28,815 nucleotides of DNA from a virus (Duplodnaviria; Caudoviricetes), in IMG/VR virus record IMGVR_UViG_3300027672_000058, positions 1 to 28,815 of that record; one strand, given 5' to 3'. The notes beneath the pieces are model-generated. The model was not told where the DNA came from. It searched no databases and was given only the letters and a program-made list of their open reading frames with translations. This document shows positions 1 to 10,063 of this stretch, piece by piece. The position numbers and the translations under genes are program-made. How positions within the stretch are numbered: position 1 is the stretch's first letter; each line of letters opens with the position of its first letter.

Positions 1-2
1 AA

Positions 3-194
3 CAGGGATTAGATGCACTACGCAATTATCGTAGAGTGTTTGATGAAAAAAGAAATGTATTTCATGATAGACCATTTCACGACTGGGCATCTCACGCAAG
101 TGATGCGTTTCGTTATTTAGCAGTAGGGTTAGATGAATCACCTATGGAAGCATGGAGTAAACCACTAGAACAAAACAGGATATGGATAGTATAA
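3..194 (+). CDS. terL: Terminase large subunit, C-terminal fragment (5' truncated by window)
   Basis: Frame 3 reads QGLDALRNYRRVFDEKRNVFHDRPFHDWASHASDAFRYLAVG...IWIV*. HDWxSHxxDAFRY is typical of TerL nuclease C-termini; stop abuts the portal ATG. Confidence 0.88.
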   Translation, partial: QGLDALRNYRRVFDEKRNVFHDRPFHDWASHASDAFRYLAVGLDESPMEAWSKPLEQNRIWIV

Positions 195-2381
195 ATGGCA
201 TATAAAAAGAAAACAAATGTAGATTCAGATGAAAGTAATCATCTTAGTACCATTATTGGTTCGTATATTGATGACTCATTAGGATTTATACAAACTGAAA
301 CATCATTACAAAGACAAGTCGCTCTTGAGTATTATCTAAGAGAGCCTTATGGTAATGAAGTGGAAGGTCGTTCAGCTATTGTAACAGGTGAAGTTGCTGA
401 AGTCGTAGACGGAGCACTCCCTCAAGTAATGAAAGTATTTACTACCTCATCTAAAGCAGTAGAGTTTGAGCCAGTGAATGAAGGTGATGGTCCTTTAGCC
501 GAACAAATAACATCCTATGTTAATCATATATTCTATAAAGATAACAATGGTTTTGAAATAATGCACGACTGGTTTAAAGACGCTTTATTACAAAAGGTAG
601 GCGTAGTGAAAGCTTACTGGGATGATAAAAAAGATGTAACCACAGAGAAATATGAAAACCTAACAGAAGATGAGCTTGCACTCATTATGCAGGACGAAGA
701 AGTAGAAGTGGTATCACAAGAAGTAATAGAAGAAGTAATAGAGCAAGACCCACAGCCATACATAGACCCACAGACTGGACAACCTATGTTAGATGAGATG
801 GGTACGCCTATGATGACAGAAGTTCCTCCCATTATTAATTCTTACTATAATATTAAATGTAAACGCACTAAAGATTCATCAAGAATTAAAATAGAAAATG
901 TAGCACCAGAAGAGTTCTTAATAGACAAGAGAGCCACAACGATTCAAGACTCTACCTTTGTCGCACAAAGAAGTTTAGTTACTCGTTCAGATTTAATAGC
1001 AATGGGTTATGATAAAGAAGTTGTCGCAGGTTTGTCTACAGGTGATACTTTAGACTTCACTCCAGAGAGGATAGCTAGATATGGTGCAGGCGAAGAACCT
1101 TTTAATACTAATAATTCTGATGATGAGTCAATGGAGTTGGTTGAATATTATGAGTGTTATGTAAGAACAGACATAGAAGGTGAGGGAGTAGCTTCACTAC
1201 ATAGAGTTTGCTATGCAGACTATCAAGTATTAATGCACGAAGAATGTGATTATATTCCATTCCATAGTGTATGCCCAATCCCAGTCCCCCATAAATTCTT
1301 TGGACAATCTTTAGCAGATAGAGCTATTGACTTACAACTAATTAAATCAACAGTTACTAGACAAATGCTAGATAACTTATACCTAACTAATAACTATCGT
1401 GTAGGTGCAGTAGAAGGTCAAGTTAATCTTGATGACTTACTAACATCCACAGCAGGTGGTGTTATTAGAATTAAGAACCCTAATGCGTTAGTACCACTTA
1501 CAGTACAATCTAGTGCTGGACAATCATTCCCTATGCTTGAATACTTAGATGGCATACAAGCTAAAAGAACAGGTGTAAGTGATGCACAGCAAGGACTTAA
1601 CCCAGACATACTATCTAATGTAACAGCAACAGCAGTATCAGCAATGACTTCTGCTTCACAAGGTAAGTTAGAACTTATATCTCGTATCTTTGCTGACACA
1701 GGTATGACCTCTTTATTTAAAGGCATATTACAACTCGTTTGCAAATACCAACAGAAAGAAAGAATCATTAAAGTTCATAATAGCTTTGTTCCAATGAATC
1801 CTAGAGAATGGGACAACGAATACAATGTGACTGTTAATGTAGGTTTAGGTACAGGTGGTAAGCAAGAGCAGTTAGCGACTATGCAAATGATTCTACAGAA
1901 ACAAGAAGAAATTATTAAAGGCTATGGCTTAAACAATCCTTTAGTTAATCTTAAACAATATAGAGATACCCTAGCAAAATTTGTAAACATGGCTGGCTTT
2001 AAAGATGACTCTGCTTTCCTCATGGAAATTTCAGAGGAAGAAGCTCAAGCTATGGCTAAGCAAGCAGCTGAAGCTCCACCAGAAGAAGACTCTAATACTA
2101 AGGCTGCAGCTATTCTAGCAGAAGTAGAAAGAGAAAAAGCTCAAATGCAGATGCAAGCTAAGATGGCTCAACTTGAATTAGATAAACAACAAATGGAATT
2201 AGATGCTTCTAAAGCTTTAATTAAATTAGAACAAGAGAAGTTAAAATTTGAAAAAGAAATGGCTATGAAGGAATTGGAGTTAGCACAAAAAGCTTCTAAT
2301 GATAATGAGAAAAATAATCTAAATCAATCAAGAGAACTAGTTAATGCTTTAGACAAGATTAATAACATTGCAGGAATGTAA
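195..2381 (+). CDS. Portal protein (head-tail connector), 728 aa
   Basis: Follows terL; size, FKDALLQKVGVVK, ENVAPEEF and P..FFGQSLAD motifs and a coiled-coil C-terminal barrel resemble P22-like/podoviral portals. Confidence 0.88.
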   Translation: MAYKKKTNVDSDESNHLSTIIGSYIDDSLGFIQTETSLQRQVALEYYLREPYGNEVEGRSAIVTGEVAEVVDGALPQVMKVFTTSSKAVEFEPVNEGDGPLAEQITSYVNHIFYKDNNGFEIMHDWFKDALLQKVGVVKAYWDDKKDVTTEKYENLTEDELALIMQDEEVEVVSQEVIEEVIEQDPQPYIDPQTGQPMLDEMGTPMMTEVPPIINSYYNIKCKRTKDSSRIKIENVAPEEFLIDKRATTIQDSTFVAQRSLVTRSDLIAMGYDKEVVAGLSTGDTLDFTPERIARYGAGEEPFNTNNSDDESMELVEYYECYVRTDIEGEGVASLHRVCYADYQVLMHEECDYIPFHSVCPIPVPHKFFGQSLADRAIDLQLIKSTVTRQMLDNLYLTNNYRVGAVEGQVNLDDLLTSTAGGVIRIKNPNALVPLTVQSSAGQSFPMLEYLDGIQAKRTGVSDAQQGLNPDILSNVTATAVSAMTSASQGKLELISRIFADTGMTSLFKGILQLVCKYQQKERIIKVHNSFVPMNPREWDNEYNVTVNVGLGTGGKQEQLATMQMILQKQEEIIKGYGLNNPLVNLKQYRDTLAKFVNMAGFKDDSAFLMEISEEEAQAMAKQAAEAPPEEDSNTKAAAILAEVEREKAQMQMQAKMAQLELDKQQMELDASKALIKLEQEKLKFEKEMAMKELELAQKASNDNEKNNLNQSRELVNALDKINNIAGM

Positions 2382-2611
2382 TGGACAAACTAGCAGAACT
2401 TAAAACCGTATTAAATACAGAAGCGTTCCTTGAGGAAACACAAAGTATGACTCAAGAATGTTTTGACGAAATAAAAAACTCTAACCCTGAAGATATAGAA
2501 ATAAGAGAACGAGCTTATAACAGGATTAAAGCAATAGATAGCATGATGACTAGACTTCAATCAGTCGTAGATAGCGACAAGATTAAGGATAAATCATGGA
2601 CAATATTATAG
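2381..2611 (+). CDS. Hypothetical protein between portal and scaffold
   Basis: 76 aa, TAATG overlap with the portal stop, helical character. Confidence 0.7.
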   Translation: MDKLAELKTVLNTEAFLEETQSMTQECFDEIKNSNPEDIEIRERAYNRIKAIDSMMTRLQSVVDSDKIKDKSWTIL

Positions 2612-2663
2612 GCATATAGCCTGTATGGTAATGCCACACCTAGATGGCGATTAAGGAAATACA

Positions 2664-3686
2664 ATGAGTGAAGAAACCACGACTCCAGAAGTTGGAAGTG
2701 GGAATGATAACCCTATAACAATAGATGATGCAACATCTGCATTTGAGGGTATGTTATCCGCACCAGAGGACTCGAAAGAGCAACCAACTGACCAGGAAGA
2801 AAATACACAAGAATCAGAAGTAGAGGAAACAGAAGAAGAAGATGTAGAGTTTGAAGCTGAAGAAGCTGATGATGATACAGAAGAATCTGAAGATGACTCC
2901 GAGATTGAGGATGAAGAAGTAGTTGAGGAAGAACAAACTTTCACAGTCAAAGCGGCTGGTGAAGAAAAAGAAGTTACCCTTGATGAACTTAAAAAATCTT
3001 ATCAACTTGGCAGCGACTATACGAAGAAGACTCAAGAAGTAGCAGAACAGCGTAAGGTCATTGACCAAGAAGCTAAAGCTATTATTGAAGCTAGACAAGT
3101 TAGGGATGAATATTCACAAAAACTTAAATCAGTAGAAGAATTTTTGGTTGGCAGCAATGACAGTCAGGAAGACTTATCTGAATTAAAAGAGAACGACCCA
3201 ATAGGATACGCAGTTAAGGTCGCAGAGATGACCGAGAAGAAAGAACAGTTACAACTTGTGCAAGCTGAACAGAACCGAATTGCTCAACAGCAAAACTCGG
3301 ATAGGTCAGCACAAATGCAAAGGTATGTAGCAGCGGAAGCACAAAAATTAACTCAATCCTTGCCAGAGTTTTCAGATAAAGCCAAAGGCGAACAAACTCG
3401 TAATGAGATTCGTAATTATGGAAAAAAGGTTGGATTCACAGATGCGGAATTATCCCAAGTCTATGATTCACGCCATGTTCTAGTCTTGCATAAGGCTGCA
3501 CAATATGACAAATTAATGGCAGGTAAAGCTGGCGTTAAAAAGAAAGTAGCTAATGCTCCCAAGACAATGAAAGGTGGAGCTAAAGTAAAGCAAACTGTAA
3601 CAGATAGAACTAAAAAACAACACAAGAGGTTACTGCAAACTGGTGATGCCAGAGATGCAGCAGCTTTATTTGAAAACTTTATTTAA
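2664..3686 (+). CDS. Capsid scaffolding protein
   Basis: Very acidic N-terminus, EVTLDELKKSY..DYTKKTQEVAE motif, coiled coils, basic C-terminus; immediately upstream of MCP; AAGGA SD. Confidence 0.82.
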   Translation: MSEETTTPEVGSGNDNPITIDDATSAFEGMLSAPEDSKEQPTDQEENTQESEVEETEEEDVEFEAEEADDDTEESEDDSEIEDEEVVEEEQTFTVKAAGEEKEVTLDELKKSYQLGSDYTKKTQEVAEQRKVIDQEAKAIIEARQVRDEYSQKLKSVEEFLVGSNDSQEDLSELKENDPIGYAVKVAEMTEKKEQLQLVQAEQNRIAQQQNSDRSAQMQRYVAAEAQKLTQSLPEFSDKAKGEQTRNEIRNYGKKVGFTDAELSQVYDSRHVLVLHKAAQYDKLMAGKAGVKKKVANAPKTMKGGAKVKQTVTDRTKKQHKRLLQTGDARDAAALFENFI

Positions 3687-3698
3687 GGAAAAATAACA

Positions 3699-4694
3699 AT
3701 GGCAGCATTTCATACTTATCAAGCAATTGGTATTCGTGAAGATTTATCTAACACGATTTACAATATCGCTCCAACAGAAACTCCTGTAGTTTCTTCAATC
3801 GGCAAAACTAAAGCAACAGCAACTTTACATGAGTGGCAAACTGACACCTTAGGTGCAGCAGCTAACACAGCTCTTGTTGAAGGTGCAGATGCAGCAGCAT
3901 TTACAGCAGTACCTACAGTTCGTGCTACTAACAGAACACAGATTATGGGTAAAACAGTAAACATTACTGGTACTCTTGATTCTGTTGATACTGCTGGTAG
4001 AAAAACATCCACTGCTTATCAATTAGCTAAAGCAGGACAAGAACTAAAACGAGACATAGAGTTTGCTGTTCTTGGTAACATTGCACCAGTAACATCAGCA
4101 GGTGGTGCAGCACCAAAGATGGCTTCTTTACAAACTTGGATTAGAACTAATTGGACTTCAGTTGGTACAGTAGCAGCAGGCGCTCCAGCAGCTCCAGCAG
4201 CACCTGCAGGTTCTGCAATTAGAACTAAATCAGCAGCAGCTAACACAGCAGCGTTTACAGAAGCATCTTTAAAAATTGCTATGAAAGCAGCGTTTAATGC
4301 TGGCGGTACTCCAACTATGTTGGTTGTTCCACCTAACCAGAAAGTTAAAGTATCAGCTTTTGCTGGTATTGCAGCTAATCGTGTTTCTACACCTAATGCA
4401 GGCACTACTACAAAAGCAGCATCTATTGTAGGTGCAGCAGATGTGTACTTATCAGACTTTGGTATGCTTTCAGTAATTCCAGAAAGATTTATGACTTCTG
4501 ATTATGCAGCAAACAATGGTGAACAAGCTCTTATTTTAGACCCAACAATGTTGGCTCTAGCAACATTAAGACCTTTCCAGTCTAACCTATTGGCTAAAAC
4601 TGGTGATGCTGAAAAACATCAAATGCTTACAGAGCTAACTCTGCAAGTAAGTAACGAAGCAGCTCATGCAATCGTTGCTGATTTAACAGCTTAA
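3699..4694 (+). CDS. Major capsid protein (DUF5309/SU10-like)
   Basis: REDLSNTIYNIAPTETP, HEWQTDTL, NRTQI, ELKRDIE and LAKTGDAEK motifs; AAGGA SD; strongly biased codons; terminator follows. Confidence 0.88.
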   Translation: MAAFHTYQAIGIREDLSNTIYNIAPTETPVVSSIGKTKATATLHEWQTDTLGAAANTALVEGADAAAFTAVPTVRATNRTQIMGKTVNITGTLDSVDTAGRKTSTAYQLAKAGQELKRDIEFAVLGNIAPVTSAGGAAPKMASLQTWIRTNWTSVGTVAAGAPAAPAAPAGSAIRTKSAAANTAAFTEASLKIAMKAAFNAGGTPTMLVVPPNQKVKVSAFAGIAANRVSTPNAGTTTKAASIVGAADVYLSDFGMLSVIPERFMTSDYAANNGEQALILDPTMLALATLRPFQSNLLAKTGDAEKHQMLTELTLQVSNEAAHAIVADLTA

Positions 4695-4710
4695 TTACAC
4701 ATTAAGTATT

Positions 4711-4741
4711 GATATAGCCCACTTCGGTGGGCATATCTTTT
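4711..4741 (+). terminator. Rho-independent terminator after MCP
   Basis: GATAT-A-GCCCAC-TTCG-GTGGGC-ATATC-TTTT: stem with C(UUCG)G tetraloop followed by a T-run. Confidence 0.85.
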
Positions 4742-4751
4742 AAGGATAATT

Positions 4752-5096
4752 ATGGCAGACAATAAGAAAAAATTTAAAAGTGCTTGGTCACAACCAATAA
4801 AATACAGACACCAAATAAAACACGATGACCATGATAATAATGGTTATGTGATAGAAACAAAACAAGATGTAACAGATATTATTGAAACAAACAAAGAAGA
4901 AATTATTACTAAATCCACAGGGTGGGGTAATGATATGTTTGACAATAAGATTGCATCTATACCAATGACAGTTATTGATGACTTAAACCATAAACAGATT
5001 ATGCAAGGATTTCAAATATTAGATATGAAAAAGTTTAAAGAATTTTTAAACCATCCAGACAATAGGTTTTTTAGAACAAAACAGGGCAGAATATAA
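4752..5096 (+). CDS. Hypothetical phage protein (head region)
   Basis: 114 aa with SD; IASIP...FLNHPDNRFFRT motif of the kind seen after MCP in aquatic phages. Confidence 0.7.
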   Translation: MADNKKKFKSAWSQPIKYRHQIKHDDHDNNGYVIETKQDVTDIIETNKEEIITKSTGWGNDMFDNKIASIPMTVIDDLNHKQIMQGFQILDMKKFKEFLNHPDNRFFRTKQGRI

Positions 5097-5723
5097 ATGG
5101 CATTTTTCACAGACTATACAACACTACAAGCGACTATCGCTAGTTACTTAGCTCGGAATGATTTAGCAACATCTATTCCAGAGTTTATTAGATTAGCTGA
5201 AGATAGATTAAGTAGAGATTTGCGTATTAGACAAATGTTGCAAATAGCAACGACTACTATTACATCTACTGATGGAACTGTAGAGATACCTGATGACTTT
5301 TTAGCTATGAGGGATATACATATATCTTCTAGTGACCCTATACAAACTGTTAATTTTCAATCACCTAGTAATTTCTTTAGAAATACAAGAGCATTAGAAT
5401 CAGGATTGCCTGCTTTTTATACTGCACTAGGTAGTGAGTTTAGATTTGCTCCGATTGGTTCTTCAACAGATACATTACAAATGCTCTATTATGTGAAGCC
5501 ACCATATATGAGTTCAACAGTTTCATCAAACCTTTGGTTAGCAAATACACCTGATTTACTGCTTTATGCAGCACTTGGTGAAGCAGAACCATTCCTGATG
5601 AATGATGAGAGATTAGCAACTTGGTCAGCAATGTATGACAGAGGTGTTAATGCTTTAACTAAATCAGATGATGAGGGGGAATTTCCTGCTCATCCAATGT
5701 CTATAACTTTAACTACGAGGTAA
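5097..5723 (+). CDS. Head-tail adaptor / tail tubular protein A-like
   Basis: YTTLQATIASYLARNDL..IPEFIRLAE N-terminus and PDLLLYAALGEA motif; position in the operon. Confidence 0.72.
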   Translation: MAFFTDYTTLQATIASYLARNDLATSIPEFIRLAEDRLSRDLRIRQMLQIATTTITSTDGTVEIPDDFLAMRDIHISSSDPIQTVNFQSPSNFFRNTRALESGLPAFYTALGSEFRFAPIGSSTDTLQMLYYVKPPYMSSTVSSNLWLANTPDLLLYAALGEAEPFLMNDERLATWSAMYDRGVNALTKSDDEGEFPAHPMSITLTTR

Positions 5724-5729
5724 ATTACT

Positions 5730-6122
5730 ATGGCAGATATGTCAGACTTCTTAGAAGTCGCTTTATTAAATTCAACACTAAACGGTGCATCATTTACTCC
5801 TGTAAATAATCCATATATTTCTTTACACACAGCAGACCCTACAGATGCAGGAACAGGCACAGAAGTAACAGGTGGTTCTTATGCTAGAGTTGCTTCTTCT
5901 TTTCCAACAGCTTCTGGAACTACTGGAATTGTAGTATCAGATGCAACAGCAACCTTTCCTACAGCAACAGCAGGTTGGGGTGCAGTAGGATGGATTGGTC
6001 TTTGGGATTCATTATCAGGTGGCAATATGATTTATCATACGGCTTTAGATGCACCAAAAACAATTGATGCTGGTGATATTTTTAAAATTTCATCAGGTAA
6101 TTTAAAAGTAACACTAGCATAG
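5730..6122 (+). CDS. Virion structural protein (tail-associated)
   Basis: YISLHTADPTDAGTGTEVTGGSYAR and GWIGLWDSLSGGN motifs; beta-rich, 130 aa. Confidence 0.68.
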   Translation: MADMSDFLEVALLNSTLNGASFTPVNNPYISLHTADPTDAGTGTEVTGGSYARVASSFPTASGTTGIVVSDATATFPTATAGWGAVGWIGLWDSLSGGNMIYHTALDAPKTIDAGDIFKISSGNLKVTLA

Positions 6123-6133
6123 AGGAATAACAC

Positions 6134-7891
6134 ATGGCTTTGAATGTAAACTCAAGGATAAAAGAAAGTACCACAACTACTGGAACTGGCACAATTACAT
6201 TAGCTGGTGCAGAAGATGGTTTTCAATCATTTGCTGTTATAGGCAATACGAATACCACTTACTACACTATTATTAATGGTAATAATTGGGAAGTAGGCAC
6301 AGGTTCTTATACTGTATCAGGAACAACTTTATCAAGAGATACGGTATTAGCATCTAGTAGCTCTGGGTCTAAAATTACTTTATCTGGAAAAAGTGATGTG
6401 TTTTGTACTTATCCAGCCGAAAAAGCATTACTTTTAAATGCTAGTAATCAAATTAATGGCAATAATGTTGTTATAGCTGCAAACATTTTAGATAATGCTG
6501 TTATTACTTCTAAAATATTAGACAGCAATGTTACTACAGGAAAAATTGCAGACAGCAATGTTACTACAGGAAAAATTGCAGACAATGCAGTTACACTTGC
6601 TAAAATGGATAGTGGTACAGATGGTAATATTATATCTTATGATGCTTCAGGAAATCCAGTAGCCGTAGCAACTGGTTCATCAGGACAAGTACTAACTTCA
6701 GCAGGAGCTGGAGCAGTACCAACATTTGCTGATGCAGCTAGTGGACTAGAATGGCAGTCATCTATAGTAACAGCATCAACTTTAACAGCAGTAGGTAACA
6801 GAGGTTACTGGATAAATACAACATCTAATATATGTACTATTACATTGCCTAGTTCAGCCACAGTTGGCGACAGATTAGTTTTTACTGACTATGCTAGAAC
6901 TTGGAATACGAATAAAATTGTTTTAGATTCAAATGGACTTAATTATCAAGGTAGTCCAGATACCATGACTGTTGAATACAGTACTGATGGACAATCACTT
7001 GATATTGTTTATTCAGGAGCAACAAAGGGATGGATTGCAAATACTGATGAAGCTACTGTAAGATATATTCCAGCTTATGATATAGATTATTTAGTTGTTG
7101 GTGGTGGCGGTGGCGGTGGTGGTAATTCTGGTGCTGGTGGCGGTGCTGGTGGATTTAGAACATCAACTCAATCTATGCCTACTGGAGGATTACTAGTTAC
7201 TGTAGTTATTGGAGATGGTGGTGCTGCAGCTATTAGTGGTAGCCTTTCTCAATTTTCTGGTCCAGGACTTACAACAATTAGTTCTGCAGGTGGTGGTGGT
7301 GGTGGAGGATTTGCTATTGCAGGTAGTTCAGGTGGTTCAGGTGGTGGCGGTGGTACAGGTTCTGATATTGGGGCTGTTGGTGCAGGTGGTGCTGGTAATA
7401 CACCAAGCACATCTCCATCTCAAGGTAATAATGGTGGAAGTGGTAATCCTAATACATCAATTGGTAACCCATATACTGAAATTTCTGGCGGTGGTGGTGG
7501 CGGTGCTGGAGCAGTAGGTACGGCTGGTATTGATAATGTTGCAGGTAATGGTGGTGCAGGTACAGCTTCTTCAATTACAGGAGCTTCTGTAACAAGAGCA
7601 GGCGGTGGTGGTGGCGGTACTTATGGTACAACTGCTGGTTCAGGCGGAGCAGGGGGTGGTGGTGCAGGAGCTAAAGGCTCAGGTGCAGCAACAGCAGGAA
7701 CTGTTAATACAGGTGGTGGCGGTGGTGCACAAGGGGTTGGTGGTACTGGTTCATCAGGTGGTAAAGGTATTGTTATATTAAGTATACCAACTGCAAGTTA
7801 TTCTGATATTACTTCAGGAAGCCCTACAGTTTCAACATCAGGGTCTAATACAATACTTACCTTTACAGGTTCAGGAACTTACTCAGGATAA
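6134..7891 (+). CDS. Glycine-rich tail fibre protein
   Basis: KESTTTTGTGTITL N-terminus, 10-aa VTTGKIAD repeats, GQVLTSAGAG linker and a C-terminal poly-Gly domain (YLVVGGGGGGG...GGKGIVIL). Confidence 0.75.
   Translation: MALNVNSRIKESTTTTGTGTITLAGAEDGFQSFAVIGNTNTTYYTIINGNNWEVGTGSYTVSGTTLSRDTVLASSSSGSKITLSGKSDVFCTYPAEKALLLNASNQINGNNVVIAANILDNAVITSKILDSNVTTGKIADSNVTTGKIADNAVTLAKMDSGTDGNIISYDASGNPVAVATGSSGQVLTSAGAGAVPTFADAASGLEWQSSIVTASTLTAVGNRGYWINTTSNICTITLPSSATVGDRLVFTDYARTWNTNKIVLDSNGLNYQGSPDTMTVEYSTDGQSLDIVYSGATKGWIANTDEATVRYIPAYDIDYLVVGGGGGGGGNSGAGGGAGGFRTSTQSMPTGGLLVTVVIGDGGAAAISGSLSQFSGPGLTTISSAGGGGGGGFAIAGSSGGSGGGGGTGSDIGAVGAGGAGNTPSTSPSQGNNGGSGNPNTSIGNPYTEISGGGGGGAGAVGTAGIDNVAGNGGAGTASSITGASVTRAGGGGGGTYGTTAGSGGAGGGGAGAKGSGAATAGTVNTGGGGGAQGVGGTGSSGGKGIVILSIPTASYSDITSGSPTVSTSGSNTILTFTGSGTYSG
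6521..6580 (+). repeat. Exact 30-nt tandem repeat x2 within the tail fibre gene
   Basis: GACAGCAATGTTACTACAGGAAAAATTGCA at 6521-6550 and 6551-6580, flanked by degenerate copies (ILDNAVITSK, IADNAVTLAK). Confidence 0.9.
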
Positions 7892-7894
7892 ATT

Positions 7895-8188
7895 ATGGCT
7901 ACTTTCGCAAAAATAGGATTAAACTCAAAGGTAATAACTTCTTTATCTGTTCATAATAATGAATTATTAGATAGTAACGGAGTTGAACAGGAAGTTAATG
8001 GAATTACTTTCCTAACAAACTTAACTGGTTGGAGTATCTGGGTACAGACCTCATACAATGGAAACTTTAGAAAGAATCATGCTGGTATTGGTTATACTTA
8101 TGATGAAGATAGAGATGCTTTTATCCCACCTAAACCAAATGCAGAGGCAATTTTAAATGAAGAAACATGTTTATGGGAAACTAACTAA
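7895..8188 (+). CDS. Protein accompanying Gly-rich tail fibres, possibly C-terminally shortened
   Basis: WVQTSYNGNFRKNHAGIGYTYDEDRDAFIPPKP motif. Confidence 0.7.
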   Translation: MATFAKIGLNSKVITSLSVHNNELLDSNGVEQEVNGITFLTNLTGWSIWVQTSYNGNFRKNHAGIGYTYDEDRDAFIPPKPNAEAILNEETCLWETN

Positions 8189-8250
8189 TGGCTAGTATAA
8201 AATGGAAAGATGCAATAGCACAAGTAAAATTAGATAATCCAAAAGGATAA
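8188..8250 (+). pseudogene. 20-aa mini-ORF / remnant of a tail-fibre-associated gene
   Basis: MASIKWKDAIAQVKLDNPKG*, TAATG-coupled; WKxAIxxVKxxNPK resembles C-termini of phage tail accessory proteins. Confidence 0.45.
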
Positions 8251-8253
8251 TAA

Positions 8254-8610
8254 ATGTTTGGAATAAGTGCATTTTCTGAATCACCATTTAGCTCATTAGC
8301 TAGTTCTGCTTTTAGTGGAATTGCCTCTATTAGTGGCACAGCAACTATGACAGTTCATGTTGTTGATTCCTTAGTATTTGGTGTTGCAAATATATCAGGA
8401 TTAGCAAATCTTCAAGCGTTAGGTGGGTTTACAGCAGAAGTTATTGTTTATATTAATGCAACAGCTATAGTTACGGCAGCTGCAAAATCTGTTTTTTCAG
8501 GAGATGCTTCAATTTCAGGAACAGGGTCAGTAACAGCTATTGGTCGTATACAAGGTAACAATTGGACAGTCGTTCCAGTAGGAACTAACACATGGTTAAG
8601 GATAGGATAA
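8254..8610 (+). CDS. Virion structural protein
   Basis: MFGISAFSESPFSSL N-terminus, Ala/Ser/Gly beta repeats, W...W C-terminus. Confidence 0.65.
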   Translation: MFGISAFSESPFSSLASSAFSGIASISGTATMTVHVVDSLVFGVANISGLANLQALGGFTAEVIVYINATAIVTAAAKSVFSGDASISGTGSVTAIGRIQGNNWTVVPVGTNTWLRIG

Positions 8611-8611
8611 T

Positions 8612-9340
8612 ATGTCAAGAAATAAAATAAGTGAATGGTCATCAACACCAGGTTCAAATACAGATATAGGTGGAATTAATATTAATGAAGGATGTCCTCC
8701 ATCAACAATAAACAATGCTATTCGTGAAGCAATGGCACAGATTAAAAATTTACAAGCAGGAACAAGTGGAGATTATTTACCTATTTCTGCTGGTGGAACT
8801 GGAGCAACAACAGCAAGTGGAGCAAGAACAGCTCTTGGTTTAGTTATTGGAACTAATGTTCAGGCTTATGATGCAGATTTAACTACATGGGCAGGAAAAG
8901 CAGTTCCTACAGGTGTAGTTGTTGGAACAACAGATACTCAAACATTAACAAACAAAACACTTACATCTCCAGCAATTACAAACGGAACTATTGCAACTGC
9001 TACGCTAACTAATCCTACAGTCACTAATTATACAGAAACATTATATGCACCTGCTGCTGGAAATTCTTTTTCAGTAGTTTTAACTAATGGCACTATACAA
9101 AAATTTACTTCCAACTCTAATATATCAATAGCATTACCTGCTGCATCCGTTGGAAAATCATTTGTAGTTATTGTTGCTTATGGTGGAACACATACATTAA
9201 CATGGTCAGGCGGTGGAACATTAAAATGGAATGGTAACGAAGAACCTACAGCCACTTCTGAATCTGGAAAATTTGATATATTTACTTTCTTTTCTGATGG
9301 TACTAATACTTATGGTGCAACATTTGGTCAGGGTTATTAA
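8612..9340 (+). CDS. Tail fibre / spike protein
   Basis: INEGCPPSTINNAIREAMA anchor; GGTGATTASGARTALGL, NVQAYDADL and TQTLTNKTLTSP fibre motifs. Confidence 0.75.
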   Translation: MSRNKISEWSSTPGSNTDIGGININEGCPPSTINNAIREAMAQIKNLQAGTSGDYLPISAGGTGATTASGARTALGLVIGTNVQAYDADLTTWAGKAVPTGVVVGTTDTQTLTNKTLTSPAITNGTIATATLTNPTVTNYTETLYAPAAGNSFSVVLTNGTIQKFTSNSNISIALPAASVGKSFVVIVAYGGTHTLTWSGGGTLKWNGNEEPTATSESGKFDIFTFFSDGTNTYGATFGQGY

Positions 9341-10056
9341 TGTTTAGTTTAGCAAGTAAAACAAGTGCTAAAAAATTACCTCAAAGATTTGAAGTAGTTT
9401 CATCAGGCAGAGACTTTGATACTAGCGGTAGTACACATAGTATACCTACTTCAATACAAGCAGGTGATGTAATGGTAATATACAACAATGCTAGAAATAT
9501 TGTTGTTGGAGGTTCTTCACCTACATCAGTTGTTGCAGTTGGATTTACTGAATTAATAACAGGAGTGCTTGATATTTCAAATGTTGTAGCTAGATGTATT
9601 ACTTCTTATAGAGTTTTAACTGATGCTGATGCAGGAAGGTCTATTACAGTAATGGATGCTAGAGAAATGGTATACCATTATGCAGTATTTAGATTTCCAG
9701 TTCCAATAATAAGTGTAACTGGCACTCAGCAACATGGAAATGAATATTGGGGGGGTAGAAGTACTCTAAGCCAATCATTTGATGCTGGAACTTCTCCAAC
9801 ATTATTTATAGGTTGCAATAGAAGTCAATTTGTAAATTCTAGCAACCCAGATGTAGCTAATTTGTTTTTTACAACACAGACAGGAAATACAAATACTCTT
9901 ACTGGAGATAGTCAAGACCCAGGCATTTCTTATTATAATGGGTTTGACACAACTGTTGCTAATACTTACTCTGGCTTTGTTGAAGCAAGATATGGTTACG
10001 CAAATAGTTTGTGGGATATAGTTCAATCTGGTAGATTAGACCTTAGTATTACATAG
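9340..10056 (+). CDS. Hypothetical protein, possible receptor-binding/tail accessory
   Basis: 238 aa, beta-rich, TAATG-coupled to the fibre gene. Confidence 0.55.
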   Translation: MFSLASKTSAKKLPQRFEVVSSGRDFDTSGSTHSIPTSIQAGDVMVIYNNARNIVVGGSSPTSVVAVGFTELITGVLDISNVVARCITSYRVLTDADAGRSITVMDAREMVYHYAVFRFPVPIISVTGTQQHGNEYWGGRSTLSQSFDAGTSPTLFIGCNRSQFVNSSNPDVANLFFTTQTGNTNTLTGDSQDPGISYYNGFDTTVANTYSGFVEARYGYANSLWDIVQSGRLDLSIT

Positions 10057-10063
10057 GAAAAAT

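Noticed and set aside
2609-2655. Two small hairpins before the scaffold gene
   Set aside because: Only 4-5 bp stems; insufficient support.
7090-7770. GGT/GGC repeats as a CRISPR array or DGR repeat
   Set aside because: Poly-Gly coding sequence; no spacer structure, no reverse transcriptase, no TR/VR pair seen.
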